Shown here: positions 13,601-28,639 of the stretch, piece after piece | How the letters are laid out: each line of letters begins with the position of its first letter | How positions within the stretch are numbered: position 1 is the stretch's first letter | Assembly (NCBI RefSeq): GCF_037042905.1 | Contig: NC_087246.1 | Span: 51,460,001 to 51,524,000, forward strand | Direction of reading: 5' to 3' | Length of the DNA: 64,000 bases | Source: Lytechinus pictus | Taxonomy: Eukaryota | Made by a program: the position numbers and the translations under genes | The notes under the pieces: generated by a model | The model's input: the letters and a program-made list of their open reading frames with translations, nothing else | What the model was told of the DNA's origin: nothing | Database searches by the model: none

Positions 13601-16600
13601 AATACAAATTTGCCCTGCTGAGCAATACAGTCTTTACAGAACATGTACACATGTTGGTCAATCATTATAATTGCAATGGGACCCCAGTGCTGTATTTGGT
13701 TGTTGTCTGAACCAATTACTTAAAGAGCTGGACTGCTCTTTCCATTTGCTGTAACATACCCAGCAAAAACAAATGACTAAGAATGTTTAGTGTTATAGAA
13801 TATGACTCATGAGGTCCTTTTCAGTAATAGTACGCTTTCTGCCACATAGAAGGATATGAAAGAGATAAAAATAAGAGTCAAGTGAAATTCATAACATGAC
13901 AAACAATAATTTTTCCATTATATGTCAATTTCCACCATGACTAAAACATTTTATGAGCTTAAATTTCATGTTTTTTTTTAATATTGTGCCAATGTTTTTT
14001 TTTCATATGTCTTAATTAAGTCTTTTTTTCCCTCTCTATGCAGAAATTAGATTAAACATTTGAGTTGCCCTTTATCAAAATAATGAGCTCAAGACGTGGT
14101 GGGTGGAAGGGGACAGGTCTGGAAAATAGCCAAAGTTAATGTTCAAAGGGGAATTTCCCACCAGAATTAACTGTTGTACAAGTAATAAGCAGTAATATAA
14201 TGAGAGAAATAGGTCAATGGGAGTTTGCACACATTTGCTATTTAAAAAGTTTGAAAAATATTATATACTATAAGGCAAATCTGAAATGTTTGGCAAGCTC
14301 CCCTTCAATAGAATATATCAATTATGATTGTATCTGATTGCAAAGAACAAACTTTAAAACCCTTTTAAGAGCAAATCAGAAAAAAAAAGTGACCACCCCT
14401 TTCACACCTCTCCCAGGATTTTCACACTGATTGCTATTCCTTTCTTTTCTAGTCATGAAATTTCCCTTCACACTCTGTATTTCATGGATTTAAATTCAAA
14501 TAGATCAAGATCGGCTGACTGTGAATAGTGATCAGTCACAAACACCTGATTAAGATTTAAACCTTAAAGATTTAGATTTTAAGATTTAATAAACATGAAT
14601 GTAAAAATTATCATTGGTGTTCAAATTAACTTTAGATTTCAAGTGGTCACTAAAGGACAGTGGAATTAGTTTATTCTAAATCCATGTAATTTTATGTGAA
14701 GTTTTTTTTGTCAAATCATTTTTTTCTAAATGGTCTCCAAAGCATTGACACTATTGATTGGAGCAACTTTCTCTTTAATTTCATTTGATAAGTTCAAGCT
14801 TATACTCACAATAATAGATGGCATACAAGGCTAGAGATTTGCCCCTTTCAAGACAGAAAAAAAAAATCGAACCCACAGCAAAACTTTGCAAGCAAATATA
14901 ATCAGTCTTTTAAAAGCAATACCATGAATTTTATTTCTGGTCACTCAACAACAAAAGGTATAGCTTTTGCACCCACAAATGAGAACCTGGCTGTGGTTTG
15001 TTTTGTTATACTGGACTTGTGGAAGGCAGTCTGAATAAAGGAAAGACTTGCCCATGGTCATAAATGCTACAATTAATTTTACTACTGATAAATCTTACCT
15101 ACAATTCATATCAATCACAAGTTTGAAGTAAGACGATATATTTAAAAGAGTGGAAATATATCATAAGATTAATCAAATCCTTTTATCTGTAACAAATGAC
15201 ATCTATGTTTAACCAAATACTAAGGGGGTGTTGTAAGAAAATATTTGCAATCAAATGCAAATATTCTGTTGCAATTTTACAATTGATGGACCAATTTTAA
15301 CTATAGCAAATTAGGTTATTCTGCTTGTTTGAAGGAGCAGATTAGCAATTAATCACCAATTTACAATTAATTGCAAGACATGTGATTGTTTTAGGAACCA
15401 AAAATAGACTTGCAATTGATTGCAAGTTTCTTGCAATGCCGAATAATACTGGTAAAATAATAAAATATAAAGCAACATGGCAAGAGCAATCTTGAAAGGT
15501 TTCTTTAATAAAAATCCAAATCGAGGATAAACTCCGTGCCTGAACAGGCTTTTGGAAGAAGTGTTAACATGCAAAGACTTATGAAAAGCCAGAGGGGGGT
15601 TAGAGGAAAGTAAAGGCGCTGGATCAGATTTCATATTCAAACAATACCTCTACCATGAATCACCTCTTTGGACTTTCTTTCTTGGTTCAAGCGAAAAAGG
15701 AAAGAAACCGAGGGGAGAGACGGAGTTGTTGTAAGAAGTCAGCCATTTTTTTTTCAATTTATCAATTTAGTCTAGAATCATAGCCTCTAAATTGAAAATT
15801 AAACAATAAAGATGAAGCCCCTTACCTTGCAATCACTTTAAATAAAGCAGAAAAAAATAAAGAGACACAGTTTGGTGACCAGCGCCCACCCCCTTCTAAA
15901 GGTGCAAACAAAAAACAATTAGAGAGGAACCATTAACAAATTCTATGAGCCCCCCCCCCCTTCCCCATGTGATCATATAGTATAGCATTCAACACCTGAC
16001 CAAACGAGTCATATTTTTCATTCTTTTGTTGAAAATGGTCTTTAATCATAGATCTATCCTAATAAAACAATTATGATTAAATTTCCATACACATAAAAAT
16101 GTTTTTCAATATAATTTGTCTAAGCATAATGAAATATAGTCATAAATTACTGCATGATAAAAATCCTGTAAAAAAAACAATTTTTCATAATCAATTACTA
16201 CAAGAATTTAAGAGAAAATCCCTAAATAGCAGAACAGAGCCTATTCTTTACAATATATCAATATGTTACAAATTCATTATTTACTGATAACATAAAATAT
16301 TAATTAATTTCAAATCCATCACTGGAAGAAATGGCATGTTATAACTACACTCCTTGTTGACTCTAATTTTCTGCCAAATTTATATCTAACTAATGTCAGG
16401 GTCGAATTCTCCTTTTTAGAAGAAAATCCATGCATGTTATAATATAGACTGTCTACCTAGTTACTTCATATTTCTGTCATGTTCCCCTATGACCAAAATT
16501 TTCCATCATTTGATATCTATGGATAGCATGCATGCTGATAAATGACAGATACGGTGATATACATGGCATGTGTTGAGTCTCCCAACATCACTTCTTATAA

Positions 16601-16844
16601 CCACAAACAAATAATTCTGTGAAACACAGCTGATATTATTAGCTTCACACTGAGAGGGTCCATTCCAGTTAAGTCTTAAACCAGTTCCAAAAGTCGCAAG
16701 TTTACCTATTCCCACATTCATGTCCATGGAGCATACAATGTTTTGCAATGTATCCCGCCTCCCACCCTGCCCTGACTGAACAATAAAAAATGCAAACATC
16801 CTGACTACTGCCCCTGGATAAGATGAATTTATAAGCAATTCATA

Positions 16845-17219
16845 CCCCTTTCATAAACCCATCCTCCAATTAGCCGCCTAAGAGTAATGCGGATATTTCA
16901 ATAAAAATTGCGTTCACAAACTCCGAAAATAATCCGCACTATTTTTACGAGCGCCCGTCCTGAAAAGGCGGATAATCGTCATGGCAACCGCACACACCCC
17001 CTCCGATGCGGTTGTGTTGGAAAAGGGTGACCTTGTGACCGCACCATGGCAATTATCCGCATTACTTTGAAATGCGTTCATAAAGTCAAAATCTGGTCCC
17101 GATGCCGCTATTATGCGGATAATTGCAGCATCAAAATTATGCGGATAACTCTGGTCCTCCTCCGATTTTACGACCAAATTATGCTGCTATTAGCCACATA
17201 ATTGGGTTTATGAAAGGGG
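16845..17219 (-). mobile_element. 375-bp MITE, TIR CCCCTTTCATAAACCC, TA-flanked
   Basis: TA|cccctttcataaaccc ... gggtttatgaaagggg|TA; reverse-orientation copy of 57410-57784. Confidence 0.9.
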
Positions 17220-17372
17220 TATCAGTATATAGAATGTACACTTATATATTTCTCATCTTGAAGCGGGTATCAGGAATATCTTTATTACTGTATTATATCC
17301 ATAAATCTGTATGGCATGTATTGTATCTATTGCCATCTTTTTAATTAACACTTAATGTCTTGTTAAACTAAT

Positions 17373-17531
17373 ACCTCGGTCACATTTGCTCTACGGCGGC
17401 CGTACGGCGAGTCGAAAACAAATGTTTTAACACTTTTTAGTAATAGCAACACAAAGGTGGTTTGAATAAAAATGAAAAATGGTTGTTTTCGACTCACCGT
17501 ACAGCCACCGTAGAGCAAATGTGACTGAGGT
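17373..17531. mobile_element. ~160-bp palindromic MITE
   Basis: cctcggtcacatttgctctacggcggccgtacggcgagtcgaaaaca / tgttttcgactcaccgtacagccaccgtagagcaaatgtgactgagg. Confidence 0.8.
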
Positions 17532-19975
17532 TTGACTCTTATCTGTTTAGTTTATGTGAATGAGTGAAATATTTAGGGGGGGGTAGGGGTAAGGGGCTGT
17601 CTGCTTATTTAGGGGGATCCTGCCATACACACCACAGGGGAAAAAAAGAATTCCTTTCGAGAATATTCCTTCATCAGTAAGAGTGTACAATACAATCAAA
17701 CGTGACCAAATGATTTTAATAACTTATCACAGTTGTTAGTGAAAATCAATGGTGTGAATTTTGACATCTATGATCAAGAGATGGCGCTATTCATTTGAAA
17801 ATCTCACAAGGGTATCAACTGTACAGAGATAATCATATCAACTCTTCATAGTTAACTACTAAGATGCAAGGAAATCAAACAGAAGGAATCTAAAAAAATA
17901 AGTACTGAAGAAAAAAAAATGTGATTAATTACTATGATTTCTGCATTTGGGTTTGATGATATAATTAATAACTTCAGTGTTTTACCATCTTAAGTAGATA
18001 GCAATATTTACATTTCCTTTGAGCATTCCTTTTCTTTTACTTTATAATGAATACAATTTTGGGGGGATTACGTGAGGCAAAGTAAAAATTGCTTCTATCT
18101 ACATCCTTTACAACCATTACTTTTTCTATTTGGTGGTATGCAGCATAATTAATTTTTAAAACTATTTTGCATCATTTGAAACTCAGCTTTGCAAGGCTAA
18201 ATTCCATGCAATTCAGAAATTGATTCAAAAGAATGCTGTTGAGCATCAAACTCAAGCAATCTCACTACATATCACACCTAAAGGAAAATTTACTTGGAAA
18301 AAGTGAAATACCTCAAAGTTAATTGGCAAGTTTTAAAAAAGGATATAAAGTTTGAGCATTGCTGAATCATGGTACTCATTACTCACAAACACAAAAATTC
18401 AAAGAATCCCGACTGTCATGTAAAATCAGTAGAAACTCAACATCACAAATAACGAAAAAGATAATTTTCAAATATAGGGTCTGTTGTTTTAGCTTTCATC
18501 CCTGATATATCAGATTATGGCCCCAGGGTAGGCATGGCTTAACAGAAAACAGGAAATCCATGATATTTTAGTGCATTACATTACAGATGGATGCATCAGC
18601 ATCTGACGAATTTGTCCCATTTGGAACAGTCTGTACTGACCGGTTGACCAACTTGAGATTATATCTAGTTCTCAAATTCCAAGTAGCAATAGAATGTTAG
18701 TTATTTTTAAAAGTTGCTCAAATTTTCATTAAGCTCCATCTGTTCCTATATAGATGTTTGTGAAACATTTTTTTTTTCTAGTATCAGAGAATATACAGCA
18801 TAATGTGAGTGGGGACAAGGCATTATCCTACCCCACCCCCAATGATTTTTCAAGTGTTGAAAACATGAGAGCATAGAAGGGAAAGGAAACCAGAATGAAA
18901 GAGATGTCTATGTCCTAGAACTACATAAAATACATTACAATGACATGTATTCTGAAGTCAGACCATAGATTGTAGTTTAACTCTGTGCTAAAATTATAGG
19001 AAGACATACATGTAGGGCCTACATGTCAAGATTTTGTTTACATTGCACGCTACGTATGTTTACTGTGCTCTTTTCTAATTCTTTAATGGTGAAGACAACT
19101 ATCTTATTTTTGTTATTTAACCTTGCCAGGCGGTTGAGCTGATTCATTGAACTTCTATTGTTGGATATTTATGTCACATTTGGCTGTCCATAGTTAAACC
19201 ACAACTTTATTTAATTAAACCAGACTTCAGAATACAGGCCAATAAATCAAATTTAGAATCTCTTGCTCCCCTATCAAAAGCTGCCACCAGTCTGCACACA
19301 GGCTAGTGAAATCTCAACTGTATAATATGTTTATGTGTAAAATCAACCACAAATTTTTGACGTACTAATGTAGATATAGTTGGGCCTACAGAACTAATTT
19401 TCGAGTCATTTCCTTCTCACTGTTATACATTTTGATTTCTGATAAAATATAGACAATAATGAAAATTCCGCGAGACATAAATTATCTAGCCATTATCCTA
19501 TGCTCTCGAGTAGGTGAACTATGTAAGCCAGAAGTAGTGACATATAGCAAGGAGCCAACTGCAGATCATGCACTGGTAGATAGGGTCCATTAATTCTATT
19601 AGGCTTTTTAGTCAAAAATATACCATATGGTCTTTAATCGGTTTTCCCTTTCTGAAGTTGTAATTTATCATGCACGTACAATGTTGTCTTTGGTGGAAAA
19701 AAAGTGCATGTACCTTTGAATAATAATTTAATAACTTTAAGAATAATTTGGCATCAACTTGATGCATAGAATAAAATCTGATGGTGTTATTCTTCATATT
19801 TTCTAATTGATACATATTTCCTCATGCATGCTTTCTTATTATCCTGTCATTTAGGTATTTTACATTCATTATCTGCTGCTGACAGTACATTGACAAAAGT
19901 CACCCTACCAATGATCTATGTTTAATGTATCAGCCACTATTTGATTCTAAATGTATGCGAAAATGTTAATTCTGC

Positions 19976-20250
19976 ATATTAATAATATATATAATTTATG
20001 AGGCGCCGATTTATCTAGTTTCCTATTTAATGGCGCACTATATATTACCCCTGCTGTAGCTCCAGCTGCTAAAGGCACTTGTTGCATTCAAGGAATTAAT
20101 CCTGCCAGGTGCCCATTCATCTCACCTGGGTTGAGTGCAGCACAATGTGGATAAATTTCTTGCTGAAGGAAAACACGCCATGTCTGAGATTCGAACCCAC
20201 GTCCCTCTCATTGAAAGACGAGATTTGTAACCACTAGACCCCAATGCCCC
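19976..20250 (-). mobile_element. tRNA-derived SINE
   Basis: Minus-strand head ggggcattggggtctagtggtta..gtgggttcgaatct (pol III A/B boxes), a body and an AT-rich tail. Confidence 0.75.
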
Positions 20251-20445
20251 CACTTAGCTTGTGGTAGCCTATATATTTTGTGGGTTATGTTTGTAAAAGA
20301 TTGTTTCAATTGCACAGCAGGGGGATTGCTTTACTCACAAGAATAGAATGACCTTCACATATCATATCCTACAATTATAGTCACATATGACTAATGTGGG
20401 CACTTTAGATCTTTATTAGCATTGTAGATGTGCATTCTCTATTAA

Positions 20446-21134
20446 AGGACAAGCCCACCCCAACAAAAAGTTGATTTGAATAAAAAGAGAAAAATCCAAC
20501 AAGTATAACACTGCAAATTTCATCAAAATCGGATGTAAAATAAGAAAGTTATGACATTTTAAAGTTTCGCTTAATTTCACAAATCAGTTATATGCACATC
20601 CTGGCTGGTATGCAAATGAGGAGACAATGACGTCATCCACTCACTATTTCTTTTGTATTTTAATTTCACAAATCAGTTATATGCACATCCTGGCTGGTAT
20701 GCAAATGAGGAGACAATGACGTCATCCACTCACTATTTCTTTTGTATTTTATTATATGAAATGTGAAATATTCTAATTTTCTCCTCATTGTCAAGTGATA
20801 CGATTAATTCCTCCCTGAACTTGTGAAATTAGCATTGTTTAATACTATATGGTTCAGTCAAGTTGGTCCTTATTGTCAAATCTATAAAAAAATGAAATAT
20901 TGTATAATTCAAACAATAAAAAACAAAAGAAATAGTGAGTGAAGGACATCATTGACTCTCTGATTTGCATGTCACTGAGATGTGCATATCACTGTTTTGT
21001 GAAAAATAAGCGAAACTTTAAAATGCCATAACTTTCTTATTTTACATCCGATTTTGATGAAATTTTCAGCACTATGCTAGTTTGATATTTCTCTATTTAT
21101 TCAAGACGGCATTTTCCTGGGGTGTACTTGACCT
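20446..21134. mobile_element. Kolobok/T2-like MITE with internal 89-bp tandem duplication
   Basis: TTAA|aggacaagcccacccc ... ggggtgtacttgacct|TTAA; duplicated unit spans ~20571-20751. Confidence 0.9.
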
Positions 21135-21282
21135 TTAAATTCCATTTCGCATTAAACAAATCACAACTGAAAAGCTATAGTCAACTTTGTGTACTGTGGA
21201 ACCCCCCCCCCCCCCCATATAAAATTTGACACAAGTTTCAGCAAAATACATCTAGTTTGAAGAACAGACTCAAAACTGTCTG

Positions 21283-21538
21283 TACGGAGTCGCTCTCTAC
21301 AACGCACCAATTCCTTTGAAAATGCAAGTAAAATCACACTGGAGAGCTGAGAGGCTTTTGTCGTAAGTTGGTGGATCGGGACAGCAGATCATCCGAAGAT
21401 TTAGTGCACCAGATGAACAACTGCAGATATGTCGTTGTCCCTGGTCCACCAACTTTCGACGAAAGCCTCTCAGCTCTCCATTGTGATTTCACTTGCATTT
21501 CCAAAGGAATTGTTGCGTTGCAGAAAGCGGCTCCGTAG
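21283..21538. mobile_element. Foldback/palindromic MITE
   Basis: ~100-bp imperfect arms (tacggagtcgct..ggagagctgagaggcttt / aaagcctctcagctctcc..agcggctccgta). Confidence 0.75.
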
Positions 21539-22642
21539 TAAATGCAAAACCTCTCTAATGTCACTACTGCAGAGTCTACATCACAGACTATATGAAGACT
21601 AAAGGTCTATGCCTGCAGACTATCCACCCCCCCTTCCTCCATCTGACACAATACAGTTAAACCTGTGCAATAATGCAATTGGCGTTCCTCCTCATGACTA
21701 AATACCTCCCAATATCATTCCTTTCCTGTTGTACCTAATTCACACATACTGAACAGTAGTTGATTAATTAGAGGTTGTGTAGGTGTGACCAAATGGTAGA
21801 CTGTTGAGTAATAAAGACAGTTATAGAACAGTGAAAAATCCCTATGGTGTATGGTTTTTCAAGTGTTTATACCACAACATTTTTCAATGGCCTCACACAG
21901 TTGGAATTACATCAAAGAGGAAGTCGAATACTGACATCACATTATTTTCAGTAAAAGCAGGAAAAATTAGAGAAACTTATAAATGAGTTTTGGGGAAGAA
22001 TGTAAGAGTTAATGAGGTGTTAAAAGTTTTGATATTGTTATGTCAGATGAAAATGCGGCAAAATTGATATATTGATATAACACCGAATTATTCCTACATG
22101 CTATTAAAACAATCAACAAGAATAATAACTCATGGAATTAATATGGAAGGTGCTCAAATGCGACTTCACAAAGATTTAGAAATCCTAAAATATGTGATAA
22201 TCTTTACGACAATATATCAAAAGAATAAAATCATAGAAAAATAATTTGGTAATTATGAAAAGAAATATAATCCAACATAATAAACAGATATTGCCAATTT
22301 AAAGAATTTCAACACTGATTTTTTTGGTTACCATAGCACTAAACATGATTATAACCATACAAGGAACATAAGGAAATAACAGGTAATTTTTTAGGGTTCT
22401 GCATCATAATCTTTGAGCACAAATTGCAAAATATCTTGTTTAAATCAGTACACCATTACATCAGCACTGCAAACAAAGCCAATATATTTGTATACAAACA
22501 ACTTTGTTCAAGTATTTATTATCGCTTATCAACTTTGTTTTCCTATGTGGCCATTTTCATAATGCAAAAAAAAAATCACACTGGTGAGTAAATTAAACAA
22601 AAATAAAACTACCCAGAAAATTTCATACTTTCAATTACAAAA

Positions 22643-23071
22643 CCCAGGGGGGGGGCCGGCAAATGTATTGCTGTATACATGAGTGACCAAATTTTTTTCC
22701 AAACACCCCCTAAACGAGTTTTTCTCTGTGTGCAAAATAACCCCATAAACAAGTTTTTGCGGGCTTTATTTACACCTCTTGGCCCCTAAACAAGTTGTCG
22801 CCAGATATGACCCCGGGGAAAAAGCTTGGGAAAAAACATACCCTTAACACGTTTGGTTAGTCTTAAAAAAAAAAAGCTTTGGAAAAAACATACGTTTGAC
22901 CCAGCGATTGACCATTGACCATTCTTTCAAAACCTTAATCAGTGTTTTATATACCCTTAACGAGTGCATGTGCGGCCCGCATCCAAAACTGAAAAACACC
23001 CCTTTAAACATGTTTTTTGGGGGGTCACGCATGTGTACAGCAATATATATTTGACTGCTCCCCCGCCCCGG
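22643..23071. mobile_element. MITE with poly-G/poly-C termini
   Basis: cccaggggggggg..tattgctgtatacatgagtgacc / ggtcacgcatgtgtacagcaata..ccccgccccgg; acaaaa on both flanks. Confidence 0.7.
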
Positions 23072-25613
23072 CACAAAACAAGAAAACATACCTGATATAG
23101 AAGGTATCGAAGGTGAACAATGCACCATGACTTGTGTGTCATTATGCCAAACCCTGACATACAGACCAAAGACAGATGATAACTGAGGCATGATCCTACA
23201 AATCCTGGATAAAAACCTGCTCTTTAACTTGAAATTAATCCCCAAGCAATAGAAGAAATCAAAAGCCTCTTCACTCCATCGCTGTCCCGAATGAGTAGTA
23301 ATCCTTGACCAAGATCGTTGGCACAGGCACACACATGCACACACACCCCTGGCCATGACTAAGCCTTGGATTGGAGCAATTGGAACACTAATCACAGACT
23401 ACAGATGACATCAAACATTTCCTTTCTTAAATCAGCTATTTAAAGGGATGCCCTCTATCACTCTGCGGCATTTGCAGTTCAGTCTTGTCAGGTTTCCCAA
23501 AGATGCATCAAAGTCTAGTCAACCTTGAATCACGACCCTGGTAGAATCAGTTCACCCAGACCCCGTTCTCAGTATACTTTCTTGACCTGTTTTCCCTTAA
23601 ACCAGTTGAGGAAACCAGTTTAGAAGACCGCTTTACAAGTGCCCTCAGTACCGCATCGTCGGCATTGTGCACAGTGTGCACTGAGTAGCAGCGCCCAATA
23701 TGCACACACTCTTGTACTTTCGTGCGAAGATCAGGGGTGTGAGTGGTCACAAATAAAAAGATCTGAAAAAAGCTGAAGAGTGTTGAAAAAGTCTGAAATA
23801 GAAAGAGCTCCCATACTTTTTGTACAGAGGAAGGCCAAAAATAAGCTGAAATTAAGCTGAAAATAAAAACAAAAAAATCTGAATCGCTTCCCGAAGAACG
23901 ATTGTGTCCCCACCAATGCTCAAATTAGAAAACGAGTCAAAACAGTCTTAAAAACCACCCCGCGAGGTGGCTTTTCCAAACTGGTTTGGAAGATAGCTTC
24001 CAAGACTACTTCAAACGTTCTTATTACATGTCAAACTAGTATCCACTTAACAGGTTTCCACTAGGACGTAGATAAGAACTGAGTCTTACAACCATCAGGA
24101 TACCAAACACCTTTGCTGAACACAATTCAAGTCACCAAGGACATATACCGCCTTCGCTCGGAAATTCAAATCACAGTTTTCGAAAGAGCGTACGTGTGAT
24201 GGTCCGATGATTCTCAAGACGTATTGCAATCATCACAATGATGATTCAAGATTCACGTGTGAAAAGGCCCAGTATCATTATCTCTTTAGCTTCACAAATG
24301 TGATGGGCCTTGATGCTTTTAAACTTGTGGCTGTTGTCATACAAGTCATACAAAAGCCTCTATGAGCTTTAATAGCCTGCTCATTTCCCAGGTAATCCTA
24401 GATTCATTTTCTTATTTTCTATTATAAATTACACCCTAATCTACGATTTACAAATTGGCAGCGAGAATCAATTGCTAGATAATTTGCCTATTTGGAAATT
24501 AGGGTGCAAATCTTATCATTAAAACTCATCAAATTGTATTTTGAACCTACCATATAATATCAAACAAATTTTAACTAATATTTTTATGAGTTTTATCTGT
24601 ACATTTGATTTTTTATTGAAAAAAATAGAATATATAATGCCCAAACTTTGAGAGATGTAGTTCGTCGCTGACGTAATAATTTTCTAACTAACCCCACAAA
24701 AATGGCGACCTCCATCCAGAAACTTCGAACCATACAAGGGCCAACTTTGAAAAGGTGGTACTCCGTAATTGAAAATCGGATTGGGGTATGAGTAGATTCA
24801 TTTTGATTGTCCTGTATTTATCAATGGGCTCATGTGGTATTATATTATTGGGTGTTATTTTCCTTTAATTTCGATATTACATGCCAGGGTATTGTCCTAG
24901 TTTTCATTTTTAGTGCGTAAATTGATCAAATTATTCGATAAATATTTCTTAAAATGCATGGTGCCTGTTCCTTTGTACACTATTCTAAACTGAGTGGACT
25001 CCAAATACATATATTATCATCCCTCGTCTATTTCTACTTGCCCTTCGGCCTTGAAGTAAACTTTGGATAATTATGCATTTTGTTATACACTTTGCAGCAG
25101 CTACTTATATGATATTACCTATTGTAGACACATCCTTATGTTTTGTTCATTTTCTTAACAATTAAGGGTTTAATCATTTTTGTCTGTAAGCATGAAACAA
25201 AGAGTAATCAATCCATTCTGTATGTGTGACCTGCCCAAAAAAACTACAATGGTCGTTAATTTGGTTTGCTGAAAAGCCTGATAGCCTTCGAGGTAACTTT
25301 AAAGTATTTAAAAGAAATGTATCTAGAAAAGTATTTATATGTAATTTCTCTGATGGTTACTGTTATGTTACACTTTTTGTACAGAAAAGCAGCTGTTATA
25401 CATTTTTTTTTCAATATCAAATGTAAATCAGTAAGTCATGTAAACTGATGACTCTATTCAGAGCTAATTACCAGTACTTTCTATATCACTTGTAAAATAA
25501 TTTGTTTGTTCATTGAAGGTGTTGTATTTTCCTAATCTTATAAAAGTCCATAGGATCATGAACACATTCTACTGCTACCAAAATGCTTACCCATGATCTG
25601 TGATGTATATCTA

Positions 25614-26880
25614 ACCAGTTACCACACACATTGCAACACACCAGTTGCTACATACATTATCATGCATCAGTTATCACACATACCATCACAATAGTTACCA
25701 CACACATTTTGGGTAATGACTCTGATGCATGGTATTATGTGTAGTATGTGTAGTATGTACAATATGTGTGGTAACGTGTGTGGTAATTGTAATGCATGTG
25801 GTAACTGGTGAGTGTTTACCACACATTTACCACATGAATTACCTCATATTTTACCACACACCGGTTACCACATGCATTAACACACCAGTTACCACACATT
25901 TACCACACACCAGTTATCACATGCATTACCACACACCAGTTACGTAACTGGTGTGTGGAAGTGTATGTGGTAACGCATGTGGTAAATGGTGTGTGGTAAT
26001 GCAAGTGGTAACCGGTGTGTGGTAAAATGTGAGAAAATTGGTGTGGTAAATGGTGTGTGGTAATTGTAATGCACGTGGTAACTGGTGTATGTTTACCACA
26101 CATTTACCACACACATACCATACACCAGTTACCACACACCATTTACGGTACCACACAAATTACCCCACATTTTACCACACACCACTTACCACATGCATTA
26201 CCACACACCAGTTACCACATACATTACCACACACCAGTTCCGTAACTGGTGTGTGGTAAATGGTGTGTGGTAGTGCATGTGGTAACTGGTGTGTGGTATC
26301 GCGTGTGGTAAATCGTGTGTTGTAATGCATGTGGTAACCGGTGTGTGGTAAAATGTGACGTAATTTGTGTGGTAAATGGTGTGTGGTAACTGGTGTATGG
26401 TAAAATGTGAGGTAATTTGTGTGGTAACGCATGTGGTAACTGGTGTGTGGTAAAATGTGAGGTAATTTGTGTGGTAAATGGTGTGTGGTAACGCATGTGG
26501 TAACTGGTGTGTGGTAAAATGTGAGGTAATTTGTGTGGTAAATGGTGTGTGGTAATGCATGTGGTAACTGGTGTGTGGTAATTTTGTGTGGTAAATAGTG
26601 TGGTAAAATGTGTGGTAACTGGTGTGTGGTAAAAATTGTTACCATAAATTAATCCCTTGTGTGGTAAATGTTACCGTATATTAATCCATTCATGTGGTAT
26701 TCCTGTGGTAATGTTGTGTGGTAAATGTTCCAATTTACCACATGACAATACCACACGACATTACCACATATTGCCACACATTACCACAGGACATTAAGAC
26801 ATAGCATTACCTCACCACAATATATGTGGTAATCGTGTGGTAAAGTCCTATGGTAATTATATGGTATTACCACAGGACAT
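25614..26880. repeat. TACCACAC/GTGTGGTA-based satellite with alternating orientation blocks
   Basis: Dozens of ~12-14-bp variants; source of all the His/Thr-rich ORFs between 25.7 and 26.6 kb. Confidence 0.95.
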
Positions 26881-28152
26881 TTTTGTAAGGGAAGTAAGTT
26901 TATTGTACTTTATAATTGGGTGGGTCACTTTGTGCAGATCAATACTATCTACATATGAATGCAATTGAAAGTGTTTACATTTTCTGTAAGTAATGGATGT
27001 TTTTTTTATAATCAATATCAATATGACTAATAGCTTCATGCTTTAATGGCAATCCACTTCTTTACTCTTGGCTGTGTTATTTTTTATGATAAATACTCTG
27101 GCCAACCATTAATCATACTTTTGATTCATTTTGCAATAGAGATAGAGCAGGAAGTACAAGCTTAACATAGATCCATACATTTATTTCCTCCCTGTCATAT
27201 TCAATGCAGGGCCATTATTTCAGGGTTTTAGGGTTCATAATTTCATTGTTTTCAAAGAGGCCTAAACTCTAATCGTTGGCATAAGGCCATACTATTAATA
27301 GATTTCAGTTAAAAGTAATATGTCTAGTTTGGGACGCCATAATTTCAAGCCAGGAAAATTCAACCTTGAAAATGATCTACATGAATGGAAAGCAAAATGA
27401 CTTTATAAACGTAGCGTACTCATTAAGGCTTGTATGATTTCAAGGACCATCATGAAATGAATATTAATTGCATCAAGAAAAATTAAGAACGCATTACATG
27501 TAGGCCTACACTTCAAACAGTTTTATACTTTGCATCAGGAAATGATTTCGGTAAAGAGAACATGCATGTCATCATATGAGATTGATAAGCTGATGATCTC
27601 GGAGTTTGTTCTTAATTAATATGTTTTACTTTTAATATGTTCTGCTTTTTAACATTTTTATTCTTAATCTTCATTTTTTTTATGTTTTGGGGGGTTTCAC
27701 ATTGTTACATCTTGTCAATCTACTGTAGATGTTGCACATGATTCTTGATGATATATCATAAAAATATTGGAAAAAAAATCTCAACACTTTTAATTTTGTA
27801 TTTTAACAAAGTCAAACCTGTTATAGTGGCCATCTGCAAAGAAAGACCACTTTTTTTTCCTTGAACATTGCATCATCTAATTAAAAAAAAACAGAACCTG
27901 TCTATAAAAACCATCTGCTCATAAATACATTTTAAGTCTCCCCTGAGTGGTCTTTACAGTTTGTTGATCATTATGTGAAATTAGAACCATTCAATTTTAT
28001 TTTGCCCAAAGAATACAAAAAAAGGATTTACAGACTCTTCATTTAATGTGTAAGATTATCATTGCTGTAACCTAGTTTGCCAAATGAAATTGATAATGTA
28101 TAAATAAAGGAATAATCAAGATTTTAGAAATAAGGAAAAAAAGGAAATCCAA

Positions 28153-28639
28153 AGTTGGGCTCAATTATTTTCTTCAATTACAATTACAAGTACCGGTACC
28201 TAATTGAAGGATATTCAATTACAATTACTTTTTAATTAAATTACATTTTTTTCAATTATAATTACCAATTACTTTTGATAAAAAGTCATAAATTAAATCA
28301 ACTTGTATTCTGTATGTATTAGCGCTAACAACATAGTTCTAAGTTACAGAAAAACTAACAAGATGAAGTTTGTTAAACAGCACGGATTCTGCCTAATACA
28401 CTCTTTGATGCTTATGCAGTTGACATGAAAAATGTCATGAAATTGAATAATAGATTAAGTAAGTTTATTGTAAAGTAATTGAATGTAATTAAAAGTAATT
28501 GACGGTAATCAAAGTCAATTACATTTTTTTTCAATTACAATTACTTTCCCTTTCAAATTTTCAAATACAATTACAATTACTGAAAAAATGTAATTAATTA
28601 CGTAAATGATTAATTACCTTGTAACTGAGCCCAACCCTG
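28153..28639. mobile_element. MITE with CAATTAC internal repeats
   Basis: gttgggctcaatta ... taactgagcccaaccctg; many caattacaattac / gtaattg units. Confidence 0.7.

Noticed and set aside
22844-23395. Longest ORF in the track (183 aa)
   Set aside because: Non-ATG start, runs into a MITE and a CA repeat, and has no protein-like features
25729-26645. His/Thr-rich ORFs up to 157 aa
   Set aside because: Translations of the satellite, open in multiple frames on both strands
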